DNA of 64,000 nt from assembly GCA_963775685.1 (NCBI GenBank), contig CAVZJV010000014.1:288001-352000 (forward strand). The letters are read 5' to 3'. Positions within the stretch are counted from its first letter, which is position 1; every line of letters begins with the position of its first letter. Origin of the DNA: Candidatus Bathyarchaeota archaeon. GTDB lineage: Archaea > Thermoproteota > Bathyarchaeia > Bathyarchaeales > Bathycorpusculaceae. A program made the position numbers and the translations under genes. Positions 33,639 to 44,502 of the stretch are shown here, piece after piece. The notes under the pieces are model-generated. The model was not told the origin of the DNA, did not search any database, and saw only the letters and a list, made by a program, of their open reading frames with translations.

Positions 33639-33669
33639 AGCATTCAATGTAGGATAGTGGCAGGTATGC

Positions 33670-34248
33670 ATGTATGATAAAAAAAGAAGACAATTGTTAT
33701 CGATACACTTTTCTTAGCTACACTTATACCGCTTCTAACTCTTGGTTTTTTGTCAGCAAGTAACACCTATATATTCTCAAGAAACTTGACGGTAAAAGAT
33801 ACAACGACCTCTAACATGGGCAAAGACCCATGTTTGATTTGTATTATGGAGATGTCTATTTTGGGGAATTGATCATTCGGGTTGACTCACCACTTAGAGA
33901 AGTCACGAATATCGTCTTGATACGCCAAACACCCATGAAGACTATGTCGTAGACTCAATACTTCTGAAGTTCAGTACAGGCGTTAACAATCCAACGAACG
34001 TTTACATGGAATGCAATTACCCGGCCGTTCCAACTACCTTCAAACAAGACAATTACGGAACAACAATAAGGATAGATGGCATGGAAGTTTACCATGGCGG
34101 AAGTGCACCGATTAACTTCATGGTCGAAAGCTACCGCAACGTAACTTTATCCATAACTGCTGACATCACATACCACGAAACATCGCTCTTACAATTAACC
34201 TGCTCTATGGCACATGTTTCAGTGTACACCCAAATTGAAACCAGTTAA
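33670..34248 (+). pseudogene. Frameshifted membrane-anchored hypothetical protein
   Basis: Hydrophobic N-terminal segment near 33690-33760, and a C-terminal ORF at 34006-34248. Confidence 0.4.
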
Positions 34249-34479
34249 ATACACTACAACTCGGCGAGCCGTGCTCGTCTCGCACGTTCCAGACGACGGT
34301 TATGCGCCTCGGTCGTCGTAGCGGATAATCCCACCCTAAAGGGGATCTCCTCGTAAGTAAGAACTCTGTCTTGCCGGCATCTAATCTTTTTAGTAGAGGA
34401 ATCTTGACTTGAGTAATTCAACATGCGTGAAAGGGCTGAAAGACAACACATATATTTAGAACAAACCAAAGAGTAATAG

Positions 34480-34776
34480 GTGACTTATATGATAAATTTT
34501 GAAGATATTATGGGATTACAGGTAGTTACTTCAAGTGCAAAAATTATTGGAGAAGTGAAGGGAGCAAAAATTGACACCGAGACTTGGGCGATAAAGTTCT
34601 TGAACGTGAGGCTTACTGGTGATGCTGCTGAGAGTCTTGGGTTGAAGAAGAGGTTTAGAAGTTCCAGCATATGCATTCCAGTTAGCATGGTTCAAGCTGT
34701 CGCTCATGTTGTGACAATCAGTAGGTCTATTGAAGAGTTGGAGAGCTCTCAAGAGATTGCTGAGTGCAAAGACTAA
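34480..34776 (+). CDS. PRC-barrel domain protein
   Basis: IMGLQVVTSSAKIIGEVKGAKIDTETWAI..IPVSMVQAV. Confidence 0.8.
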   Translation: MTYMINFEDIMGLQVVTSSAKIIGEVKGAKIDTETWAIKFLNVRLTGDAAESLGLKKRFRSSSICIPVSMVQAVAHVVTISRSIEELESSQEIAECKD

Positions 34777-35034
34777 AAACGCAGTAGGGCTTTTATGGAT
34801 TCAGTGAATAGTTGAATAGCGTTGATTAAGTTCTAATTTTTTCTTTTTTTTTTGTCAATTAGCTGGCTGCATGTGTAAAACAGAGGAAATAAATGTAGCT
34901 TTGCGTGCGCCCAAACAATCTGTTCCTATTGAATCATTGATGAATTCAAAACCAGCGTAGGTTATACTAATCTTACCAAAGAAGCACTAATTACTGCTTG
35001 AATGCTTATTAAATTAGACAGTAATTAATGTTAC

Positions 35035-35445
35035 ATGAAAAAATCGGCAATAATAATACTGGCGGTGGTTGTTTCTGCAGTCATTGTTCTATCAGTTGTT
35101 GGCGCAGCCTTACTCTCAGGAATGTTTGGAGCAGTATTTACCGCAACTGAGCCTGCTCAAATCAAAGAAGCTTCAATTGCAACAAATTTTGGTGGCGGAT
35201 ACAGTCTAGAAGCTGGAGCATATGCGCTGGAAGGAACCGCTCAAAACCTTGGACAAAAAGACGCAAAAAACGTTAGAGTAGATATCACTTTCTTTAACGC
35301 TGATACTCAACAGGAATTAAAGACACAAACAATCTCTTTTGGCGACATTGCAGCAGAAAGCACAAAAAACATCAATCTTTCTATTGAATTTCCAAGCGAT
35401 TCAGTGCGTGTTACTTTTACAACAACCGACCCAGTATGGGAATAA
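35035..35445 (+). CDS. Secreted Ig-like (FxLYD-like) protein
   Basis: Signal/TM helix, GTAQNLG..AKNVRVDITFFN. Confidence 0.65.
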   Translation: MKKSAIIILAVVVSAVIVLSVVGAALLSGMFGAVFTATEPAQIKEASIATNFGGGYSLEAGAYALEGTAQNLGQKDAKNVRVDITFFNADTQQELKTQTISFGDIAAESTKNINLSIEFPSDSVRVTFTTTDPVWE

Positions 35446-35660
35446 ATTGAATTTTACTCAACTATTTTTTTCTTTTTGAGTTTTATTATCTATCGCTCGA
35501 CCAAACAGATTGAGACATTAATCCTTGCTTTACAAAATTAGGGTTTGCGGAAGACGTATAAAATCGGGGAGTGAGCGTATAAAAACTTATAACTAGTAAA
35601 AAACAATTAAGAACTCAGGAATTTGAAATGATTTTTGACCCTAAGAAATTACTAAGCCCA

Positions 35661-35699
35661 AAGGCGGGTTACCACCAACACACCAGCCTTTTTTACTAA
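35661..35699 (+). repeat. attR-like direct repeat (displaced rnpB 3' end)
   Basis: AAGGCGGGTTACCACCAACACACCAGCCTTTTTTACTAA. Confidence 0.9.
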
Positions 35700-35822
35700 C
35701 TCGCACCGTGCTTAACCTTTTGATACAAATGTGCGTAATAGTGCGCGGACGCTTTGATCGCTTGAAAAGCAAATTATAAAAGGATATAAAGAATAAGGGA
35801 ATAAAAATTACTTAGATTAACG

Positions 35823-36578
35823 ATGAAAGTAGGCCTTTTTGGGTTTGGTAGAGCAGGTAAAGCCGTTGCTACAGTATTGCTGCAAAGCGAAGAAACTGAT
35901 CTTTGCTGGGTTATCAGAAAATCAAAAGTTTTGCAGCATCGATCAGTTCCAGAGTTTCTTGGTATTAAGCATGATGACGACCAAGGATTAATTTTCCCCA
36001 AAGGTGAATGGACACCTGAGCAGCTTTTCGACAAACATCCTGTTGACGTTATAATCGATTTTTCTTCTGCTGATGCCGTGTTGTCTTATGGAAAAGAGGC
36101 GGCAAACAAGGGTATAGCCATTGTTACCGCAATATCAGCTTACCCCGATGAAACAGTTGCTTTGCTAAAAAACTTGTCACGGAAAACAAGAGTACTCTGG
36201 TCTCCTAATATAACTGTAGGTATCAATTTTTTAATGCTGGCAGCTAAAATCCTTAAAACTATTGCTCCTTACACAGATATTGAAATAATTGAAGAACATT
36301 TTAAAAACAAAAAAGGTGTTTCAGGTACAGCTATAAAAATTTCAGAGGCTTTATCACTGCCAGATACAGACATTAAATCTGTTAGAGCAGGCGGTATTGT
36401 CGGTCGCCACGAGATCATCTTCGGTTTTCCCTTCCAAACAGTGCGTTTAATTCATGAATCTATACAAAGAGAGGCATTTGGCGATGGGGCATTGTTTGCT
36501 GCTAAGAATCTTGTCGATAAAAAGAAGGGGTTTTATTCTATGGAGAACCTGTTAATACCCTATTTTAACATGAAATAA
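35823..36578 (+). CDS. dapB: 4-hydroxy-tetrahydrodipicolinate reductase
   Basis: GFGRAG, IIDFS, SPNITVG, EEHFKNKKGVSGTA, SVRAGGIVGRH. Confidence 0.88.
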   Translation: MKVGLFGFGRAGKAVATVLLQSEETDLCWVIRKSKVLQHRSVPEFLGIKHDDDQGLIFPKGEWTPEQLFDKHPVDVIIDFSSADAVLSYGKEAANKGIAIVTAISAYPDETVALLKNLSRKTRVLWSPNITVGINFLMLAAKILKTIAPYTDIEIIEEHFKNKKGVSGTAIKISEALSLPDTDIKSVRAGGIVGRHEIIFGFPFQTVRLIHESIQREAFGDGALFAAKNLVDKKKGFYSMENLLIPYFNMK

Positions 36579-36758
36579 TTATTTCGCCATTAGATAACTA
36601 AAATTTGTAAAATATTTTGGGATAGCTTAATAATACAACAGTTAATTCTTCATTTTTTTAGTTGGTGATCGCAACGCCTTTTGGCGGACTTATTTTTTTT
36701 GTTTTAGATTTCCAAAAGGAGGAAAAAAGGGTTGCTACAAATTCAGTGGAATAATCTC

Positions 36759-37118
36759 CTAAAACCAAGGAGCTAATATTCCAATTCCGATTATTGCCAC
36801 TGTAATTGCCAGTATTGCTATCACTATTGCGAATATTACTACTGCAACAACGGCAATCACGAACGCCTTTATCCATCCACAGTCAAAGAAATGTTTAATC
36901 AGTGCTAGCCAGACTATCAACAATATTATTGTTGCAATCAAGTTACCAATAAATGCGCCAACAATTGTGTTTATAACAGTGCCAAGAAAGACTATCCAAA
37001 GCGCATCGGTGAATTTTGCCTTGTCTTTTCCTGCAATTAATCTTCCAGAAATCCAAAGGGCCGGAGAAAGTATTATTGTCCCTATTACGATCTGTATTAA
37101 TATTCCTATAAAATCCAT
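36759..37118 (-). CDS. Small 4-TM membrane protein
   Basis: Hydrophobic 119-aa ORF with an upstream GAGG. Confidence 0.7.
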   Translation of the reverse strand: MDFIGILIQIVIGTIILSPALWISGRLIAGKDKAKFTDALWIVFLGTVINTIVGAFIGNLIATIILLIVWLALIKHFFDCGWIKAFVIAVVAVVIFAIVIAILAITVAIIGIGILAPWF

Positions 37119-38188
37119 AATTCATCCTCTACATTTACTTGATTTAATTGATTTATAAACTTGAGCATTTAAATAGATTTGAAAGGAAAAAATATTCACA
37201 AATAACAACCATAAAGAGACCATAAAATAACAACACACCTCGCCTAGCAAGTACGTCTTCTAAAAGATACTTTTTTTGCAAAGCCAGAGAACTATCTCGC
37301 AGCAATCTTATCTAAAAAATTCCTTAAAAGTGTTTTCTCCATTTATCGTTTGCTTCATAGGCAAATTTTAAAAACAATTCTGAGCTATACTGGTCGGTTC
37401 ATCAATTGACTCTTTCTTTTCACTATTCCTATCTGCAATTGCCCCTTGGATGATACTTGCATCTATAGCATTCGTTATCGCAGGGTTGGATTATACGTTG
37501 GAAGAAATAAAAATATAGTTAAATCTCATTTACCAAGCGCCTTGATGAGATAGAAGAATGGCAGAAAAATCACTAAACTATGGTCTCTTGGACTTAGGAT
37601 AAGCAGTTAGTTACAGAAATCATTATCCTCGTAACTCATAAACGAAATGCAGTTTGCTTTGCCATTTCCATGATTATAGGCAGGCTTTAAATTTTTTGAT
37701 ACGTGCATGAAAGTTGCTGTTTCTGATTTTGATTGGAAAAAGGAAAAAATTGAAGAAGATGTAACATGCATTCATATGAGGCTTCTTTGATGTTTCAAGA
37801 TTTGCAGGAGTACGTACGTTGGGCTTTTCAAGCTAGTATCTAAATCAAGAGCTCTTAATTTGGGCAGTTTTATTTCTTCGATAATGAAGAGTTGTATTTG
37901 ATTCTCCTATGGTACCCGGGACTTTTAGTCGAAAGTAAAGGCAACATAGAAATGCATGAGTGCTACATTATCTATTGAGAGGATTTTGTGATTTATCGTA
38001 GATATTTTGATTCTCCTAATTGCGGGGGCTGTATGTACAAAGGAAGTAGTTACTGCTGGGGTCAATGCTCCTTAAACATCTGGAAAAAAGACAGGGAATA
38101 TTGATGATTTTGAAATTGTTAATGCGCGAGCCCTTTACCTATTTTATCTTCAAAGTTATCCCTGTTTTACCTATGGAGATTTAAGAAA

Positions 38189-38527
38189 TTGAATTCCGTT
38201 TTGGAAAAGACTCACTCGCTTATAATACGGGCGGTTGACTTTCAAAGAAATAAACCACTCCAAAGTGTTAACGTTAAAATTTTCAGATTAGAAAAAGAAC
38301 CAATAACTCCCAAACAATGGGCTGAAAATCTCAAAAATGGGTCTCCTTTTAAAAGTTTGGTTCTTTCGAGGAATACCGATAATAACGGTAACGTAACCGC
38401 CGAGCTTCCAGAGGGCTCATATGAAGTTACAGTCGAAAAATGTGGTTTACTTAAGGTCTGCGAATTAACCCAAAATGATGAAATTATCGCTATTGAACCG
38501 AAAAAGCAGTGGTGGAAAAAATCTTAA
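38189..38527 (+). CDS. Carboxypeptidase-regulatory-like (Ig-fold) protein
   Basis: KPLQSVNVKI..TDNNGNVTAELPEGSYEVTVEK. Confidence 0.6.
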   Translation: MNSVLEKTHSLIIRAVDFQRNKPLQSVNVKIFRLEKEPITPKQWAENLKNGSPFKSLVLSRNTDNNGNVTAELPEGSYEVTVEKCGLLKVCELTQNDEIIAIEPKKQWWKKS

Positions 38528-38819
38528 ATCCGATTAGCTAGAATAAATATACAAAAATCCATAAACCCGCAAAATATTTCTATATATTCGTATTAAAAAA
38601 ATGAGTTTTCAAACATTTGTTTATAAGTGCAGTTAGTGTATATTATTCTTGAAAAGTATTTTTTTGCACGGGTTTGGGTTAAGAGAATGATACTTTTCAA
38701 AAATAGAAGCGAAAAAAAAATGAGGATCTTAAAAATTAATTTATTGAAAAATTGTGTTGAATCTAAGTCATTGACACAAAGTAATTATGCTCATAAAAAA
38801 ATAGGAGCAAAGTAACTAA

Positions 38820-39074
38820 ATGGTGAGCTTAGGAAACCTAGCTCAGTGTCCGCAATGCACTCGAATGGGACGTATTGTTTGGATTTCGCAAAATGGAAAG
38901 ATTGTTGGAATCCAGTGTTCTAAAAGTCACCGCATGGAGAATTTACCTAATTCGTATGGGTTTGCACGTTCTCCGTCTAAGGCGAATAAGAATAGTGTTT
39001 TTCTAGTAAGAACGGAATCGTGTGGACCTTCGATAAGTTGTTGCCTTAACATTACAGGCTCTCCAGCAAAATAA
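38820..39074 (+). CDS. Small Zn-binding protein
   Basis: CPQC and CSKSH. Confidence 0.55.
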   Translation: MVSLGNLAQCPQCTRMGRIVWISQNGKIVGIQCSKSHRMENLPNSYGFARSPSKANKNSVFLVRTESCGPSISCCLNITGSPAK

Positions 39075-39098
39075 AGATAGGTGCTGAATATAATATAG

Positions 39099-39560
39099 AT
39101 GGTTTCTCAAAACATTTTAGTTTTTATTCGAATTATTCTCGTTTTATCTTGAAGGCATTAAAGAAATCTTCTTTTCAAGAATTTCTTTGCACTATGCTTT
39201 TAGTGGAAAGCATTGAGGAAAAAACCGTTAATACTATTGATATTATAGTTTTTCCAGCTCCTAGAAAAAATGGATTCAATATCGTTGGCAAATGTGACCC
39301 TTTTAGGGGCAGAATTCGCATTTATCCAAAAACTTTTAACTATTCTTCTGCATTCAAGAAAAAGTACGGAAAAGACTACTTCTTTACTTTCGTAGGGAAT
39401 AGAGCTAGGGCAGCGTTAATTCACGAATTGTTACATCTAGAAGTACCTTAGTGATGAGAAAAAAGTACACGAATTAACGGCTACCTATTTTTCAGAATAC
39501 ATGAAAAAGAAAATAGATAAAAATTCAAATTTGATAACATTGCATAATCTAATATTTGCT
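39099..39560 (+). pseudogene. HExxH metallopeptidase-like protein, frameshifted
   Basis: ALIHELLHL in the 39149-39451 ORF; flanks are in other frames. Confidence 0.5.
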
Positions 39561-39668
39561 TCCAAAAGCACACACTTATTTGGATCCCAAAATCAATTCA
39601 ATTCCGAACCCTAATATGAGTAGGTGCATTTTAGATTTTTCTAAGCATTAGGATTACTTAAAATGGGT

Positions 39669-40960
39669 TTATTCGCTGTATTGCTTTTTTTTGTCTTTAC
39701 CGAATCTCAACTTTGCGGTCAAAATCTTCTCAGTAGCAAACAATCGTGAAGCAATGTACATTATGACAACAGTAAAATTGCAACGTAAACAATCCCAAAC
39801 ACAACAATGCCATAATCACCTGTTATCACTGCTTTTGCCGCGATAATTGGGTGACTGTATGGAATAGCGTAGAAAATTGTTTTTAGTGCCAGCGGCAGAG
39901 AATTAACGTCTAAGTAGACTAAAGCCAAAGAGGGAATGAAGATCAACGGGTAAATGTAACCAACCAACGCTTGTGCACCCCGCACATTTTCGATAAAGGC
40001 CGACATTATCACAGCCAACGCTAAAGCCGATAACAACGTAACGAATAAGCTAACACCCAACAATATATACCCGCCAACTGAAGGCACTAAACCCAGAGCA
40101 ACCAAATCCACGCTGCTTCCTACATTTCCTGCTATACCTTTTGAAATGGAGCCGATCATGTAGTTGTAGCCGATTAAAACAGCAATCGAAGCTGCTCCAG
40201 CAACAATTATGGTGCTTGAGACTTTCCCCATTAAGATTGCAAATCTATCTACAGGAGTTGTTAGCAGGGTCTCTAGGGTTTTCTCTTCCTTCTCCATAGC
40301 AACGCTGGTAGCTGCAATTTGCATAGCGTAAGTCAACATAATAATGATCGTAATGGGCAAAGCAATGGACTGTGACAACATCAAACTCGACAACGTGCTG
40401 GCGTCAACGCCCTGTTCGATTTGACCCTTAATTATACTTGATTGGGCGACTTCAACAACATCAGGAGCAACTGCACGATTAAAACCCCCCACAACTGCGG
40501 TAACAGCTGATCCGCCAATGCCGCTAAAAATTCCTCCTCCTCCGTTGAAAACGCCATAAATGTTAACCAAGCCTGTAACATTCCAAGCGCCTCCAGCATG
40601 CATAGTTAAGTTAGCGCTAAACCCAGATGGAATCTCTAGAAACATAGAACTGTTGTATTTTCCAAGTAATCCTTGGTCTACGATGTTTTGTGGTGAAAGG
40701 TTGTTGACAACTTGCACGTTCAAGGTGCTGTTTAAGTAGCCTACCAGCGCATTACTCCACGTTCCATTGTTGTCGTTGTCAACTAATAGCAAAGTTGCCC
40801 TTTGAGCTTCTGTCTGTTCCGTCTCAACTGCAAACCCCATGACTAAACCCAAAATAGGAAACATAATCAGGGGCAACACTATCATGCCAATTAGGATTTT
40901 CGGGTCACGCATGAGCTCTTTTAACTCTTTGACAAGGATCGTTGTGAAGCCTTTAAGCAA
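39669..40960 (-). CDS. ABC-2 permease (NatB-like); frameshift near 39775
   Basis: KELKELMRD, EKEEKTLETLLTTP. Confidence 0.85.
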
Positions 40961-41685
40961 AGCCAACCACCTTCGCAAAAACCTCTTCCAAGTTCTCGCT
41001 GTTATATTTGATTTTGAGAGTGTTTGGTTCCCCTTCAACTACCAATTTGCCCTTATGCACCAGCCCCACGCGGTCACAGAGATATTCAACCTCAAGCATG
41101 TTGTGGCTACTTAGCAAAACTGTGACGCCATGTTCCTTAACGTAGCGTTTAACAATCTCTCGTAATGTGATAAGCGTAAAGAACGTCTAAGCCACTTGCA
41201 GGTTCATCAAGCACCGCTAACTTTGGCCTAGTCATTAAAGCCCGTGCCACAAGCAGCCGCCGTTTCATGCCTTTGCTGTATGTTTTAGCTTTATCTTTCA
41301 ATCTATCGCCCAGTCCGCATATTTCCGTCGCTTCCTCTATGACGGCTTTTATGTCTGTTTCTGGTTTGCTTTGGAGTTTTGCCATGAACTGTAGGTACTC
41401 TAAACCTGTAAGATTAGGGTAAGCCCCCGATTCCTCAGGCAAATAGCTGATGATTTGCCGTGTTTTTTCAGGCTGCCTTGTTGCATCTTGCCCGAAAATG
41501 TTAATGGTGCCTGTTGTTGGTTTAATTAATGTACAGATAATTCGTAGAGTAGTGGTTTTTCCTGCTCCGTTTGGTCCGATTAAGCCGTAAATTTCGCCAG
41601 GTTTGATATTAAAACTCACACCGTCAAGTGCCTTTACTTGACCAAATTGCTTGGTTAACGATACTGCTTCCACGGCTAGGCTCAA
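40953..41685 (-). CDS. ABC ATP-binding subunit (NatA-like); frameshift near 41155
   Basis: GPNGAGKTT, YSKGM, LDEP; the C-terminal SSHNMLEVE..NLEEVF is in a second frame. Confidence 0.85.
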
Positions 41686-41721
41686 GTTTTCCCTCTCTTT
41701 ATTGATTTTTGCGACAAATTC

Positions 41722-41986
41722 TTATTTAAATTTTAAGTACCCTTCGCCCAGCTTTTCAAGGTAATCCATAAATTTTTCCAGTTTTGCCTTGTCCATCTCA
41801 ACCAGTTCGCGGCGTCTGGCTTTAACATATTTGCGGAAAACTTCCAAACACTGAACAGCATTAAATGTTTCCTTTGAAGGCTCGAATTTGATCTCGCTCA
41901 ATCTTAATGCGGTATAGCGTGGTTAAAAAAGTCATAAAAACAACCAATGTATTGCTGACTATGACAATTAGCGAAATATCAACCAT
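41722..41986 (-). CDS. Small membrane-anchored hypothetical protein, 1-bp frameshift
   Basis: MVDISLIVIVSNTLVVFMTFLTTLYRIK... continuing as ETFNAVQCLEVFRKY... Confidence 0.45.
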
Positions 41987-42045
41987 GCAAGAGTCACTCT
42001 TCCCTATGAATAACATAAAAGAAAGGGTATTTTTCCTTTCGTTGT

Positions 42046-43275
42046 TTAGAAACAGTTGTTGCTTTCTGGCAGAATTCTCAGTACGCGAAGGATTTTTTTG
42101 AATTCATCTTCTTTTAGCGACGCTCTGCGTCCGTTAGCGTACATTTCTTTGACTGTATCAACGACAGCAGAGACGGTTTCATCATCTGGAACATTTCCTG
42201 AGAGCTCGATTATTTTGTGTTTGATTATGCCTTTTCCAGATTGTTTACCGATGGTTAAGCGCCTTGTGTTTCCGACCAATTCAGGCGGATAAGGCTCATA
42301 TGTCCAGGGGTCGTTGAGAACGCCGTGAGTATGAATTCCTGATTCATGAGCAAATCCGTAATCGCCAACGATTGCCTTGTTAGGCGGCACTACGTAGCCT
42401 GTGGCTTTGCCGATGTAATCGGCAGTTGCTTTGAGCTTCTCTGTTTTGCCCTTATACTTCTGGAACCCATAATGCAAGTAAAGGTTTAGCAATACCTTTT
42501 CTGTCTCGGCGTTGCCTGCGCGTTCCCCGATTCCAACAAAGGTAGTACTAGCATAAACTTTGTCCCATACACCTGACGATGCTTTTATCGCAGCCATAGT
42601 ATTTTCAACCGCATTACCAAAATCGTCGTGGGCATGAATCTCGATGGCGCTTATACGCGTTTCCTTCTTTATAGCCACCACTTTCGCTGGGATACCATGA
42701 GGCAACGGAGCATCTGGATCCGACAATCCGATACCGACGGTGTCACATATACGGTAACATTCCGCACCTGCATCTGCAATTGCGTTTATGAAGCGCTTTT
42801 CGAAATCCCAGTCTGCTCGTGTGCTATCTTCACCGTGAACAAAAGTCCTTAACCCACAAGTCTTGGCTGCGTATTCAGTTACGTCAACGACATTTGCCAA
42901 GATTTGTTCCCGAGTTTTTTCTGGCCATTTAGCCAAGAAATGAATATCAGATACGGGGTGGGAAATGCCAACCTCTTTGAGTCCGCATGCCACAGCGCTG
43001 TCGATGTCTTCTTTAACGGCTCTACACCAGCCTGCGACACGTAAATCAAGGTTTAAATCGCCGATGAGTCTGCAAGCTTTTTTGTCGGGTTCTTGGTAAT
43101 GGAAGAGTTCAATGCGTTCGACGCCTATTTCATCGAGTAGTTGAGCGATTTTTGCTGAGTCTTTGGGACCAGTTGCTAAGCCTGGCATTTGAATGCCGTC
43201 ACGAAGTGTAGTGTCATCTATAATTGGTTCTGTTTTTAGAGGCTTGAGTTTGAAATAGAAGTCTTTTATGTCCAT
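42046..43275 (-). CDS. DRE-TIM acyltransferase (Re-citrate/homocitrate synthase-like)
   Basis: DTTLRDG, HAHDDFG, GIGERAGNA, HESGIH. Confidence 0.85.
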   Translation of the reverse strand: MDIKDFYFKLKPLKTEPIIDDTTLRDGIQMPGLATGPKDSAKIAQLLDEIGVERIELFHYQEPDKKACRLIGDLNLDLRVAGWCRAVKEDIDSAVACGLKEVGISHPVSDIHFLAKWPEKTREQILANVVDVTEYAAKTCGLRTFVHGEDSTRADWDFEKRFINAIADAGAECYRICDTVGIGLSDPDAPLPHGIPAKVVAIKKETRISAIEIHAHDDFGNAVENTMAAIKASSGVWDKVYASTTFVGIGERAGNAETEKVLLNLYLHYGFQKYKGKTEKLKATADYIGKATGYVVPPNKAIVGDYGFAHESGIHTHGVLNDPWTYEPYPPELVGNTRRLTIGKQSGKGIIKHKIIELSGNVPDDETVSAVVDTVKEMYANGRRASLKEDEFKKILRVLRILPESNNCF

Positions 43276-43456
43276 TTTTCTTGCTCTCTTGTCTGGTTTT
43301 ACGTTACTTTAACGCATATTGGTAATGCTAATTAACGCTTACGTGTAATTGATAAACATTTCTGCACACTTTATGTAAGTTTGTCCAACCAAATATAGAC
43401 TTAACCATAAAATGTTTTGTCTTAAGCAAACAAAACCTTTACATTCAAAACATAAA

Positions 43457-43771
43457 TTAGCCAACATTTGTGTAAAGAGCTTTCAGCGTTCCCGAAACTG
43501 CCAAAACATGCATCGACGCAACCTTGCCGGCAACAGACGTAACTGTAGCCAACGAAGCCTTCACCATTGGCAAAGATAAAAGCGATGTACGAACCACAAA
43601 AATTTTGCGTTCTCCATCAAAATTGATTAAAGCTAATCCCGTCAAACTCGCTCCAACTTCACCATACAACTTTGAAACGGCACCCCACAGCGCATCCATA
43701 AAATCACGCTCGCAGGGCAAAACTTCACATTCAAGTTGGACGGCGAGATATCGACGCTTAATCCGTTTCAA
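43457..43771 (-). CDS. rnp2: RNase P protein Pop5/Rpp14
   Basis: KRRYLAV, LYGEVG, VSGTLK. Confidence 0.9.
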   Translation of the reverse strand: MKRIKRRYLAVQLECEVLPCERDFMDALWGAVSKLYGEVGASLTGLALINFDGERKIFVVRTSLLSLPMVKASLATVTSVAGKVASMHVLAVSGTLKALYTNVG

Positions 43772-44502
43772 GCAGGTTTCCCTTCCTTGATTACGCTTAT
43801 GCCCGGTGCGACAAATCTGGAACTGAGCTTTTCTCTGTTACGCAGAACAATCGTCAATGGACCAGTTGAAACCGCATCCAAAGCTTCTGATTCGTTGAGC
43901 CCAAACAAGTAAGCCAAAGCTGCCAAATCTCGTGGCCTCCGTAGCAAATTCTCCTCCCAAATACCGCTTGAAACGACAATGGGAACATGGAACTCTAATG
44001 CAAGGGCAACTTCACGACGCAAATTTGAAAGAAATCTAACTCGTGGTGGACCCTCCAAAGTTAGAATTGATTTTACGTCTACTTCTAATGCGGCTAAGCT
44101 ACAGCTTGCAAGTTCAGCCTCGGCGCGGTCAAAAAAACGTTTATGGTAGTCGAGACTGGGAAAATTAAGTAGGTCCACGCGTCTATCTTTGGCGGCTTGC
44201 CGGGCGATTTCTTTGGTGTCGCAAAAAATGCATATGATTTCGAATTGCCGCCGAAACTTGCGTAGAAAACGCATCAAATCTTCTTGGCTTTGAGGTTTAA
44301 AATCTGCACGCAAAACAAAATCTAACCCTGAATGTGCGCATATGGTTTTTAATGCTGCGACTTCGGCTTGTTGTAGGCCAACGGTGAATGGAACGCTGAT
44401 GTAGCGGTAACCAAATCTTGCTACTTTGTTGATTAGGTGCTGGGTGGTTTTTTGATCTTTTGGATTTATGCGCAGATGCAAATCTGCAAAGGCTCGAGTC
44501 AT
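43768..44502 (-). CDS. rnp3: RNase P protein Rpp30
   Basis: FADLHL, RQAAKDRRVDLL, LRRPRDL. Confidence 0.9.
   Translation of the reverse strand: MTRAFADLHLRINPKDQKTTQHLINKVARFGYRYISVPFTVGLQQAEVAALKTICAHSGLDFVLRADFKPQSQEDLMRFLRKFRRQFEIICIFCDTKEIARQAAKDRRVDLLNFPSLDYHKRFFDRAEAELASCSLAALEVDVKSILTLEGPPRVRFLSNLRREVALALEFHVPIVVSSGIWEENLLRRPRDLAALAYLFGLNESEALDAVSTGPLTIVLRNREKLSSRFVAPGISVIKEGKPA

Larger units (their letters stand above)
30190..35699. mobile_element. Decayed integrative element (probably two in tandem) inserted in the 3' end of rnpB
   Basis: 39-bp flanking repeats, adjacent integrase, internal partial att followed by a second integrase fragment. Confidence 0.82.

Noticed and set aside
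34266-34300. Group II intron domain V resemblance (GAGCCGTG...CGCACG)
   Set aside because: No GNRA-capped 34-nt DV geometry, no DVI and no reverse transcriptase.
34253-34304. Integron attC-like reading (ACAAC...GTTATGC with a bulged arm)
   Set aside because: The right spacer is 9 nt, the R boxes pair poorly, the second copy does not fit, and no IntI gene is present.
37200-38150. Decayed coding-like region
   Set aside because: Stops occur in all frames and no motif could be assigned.
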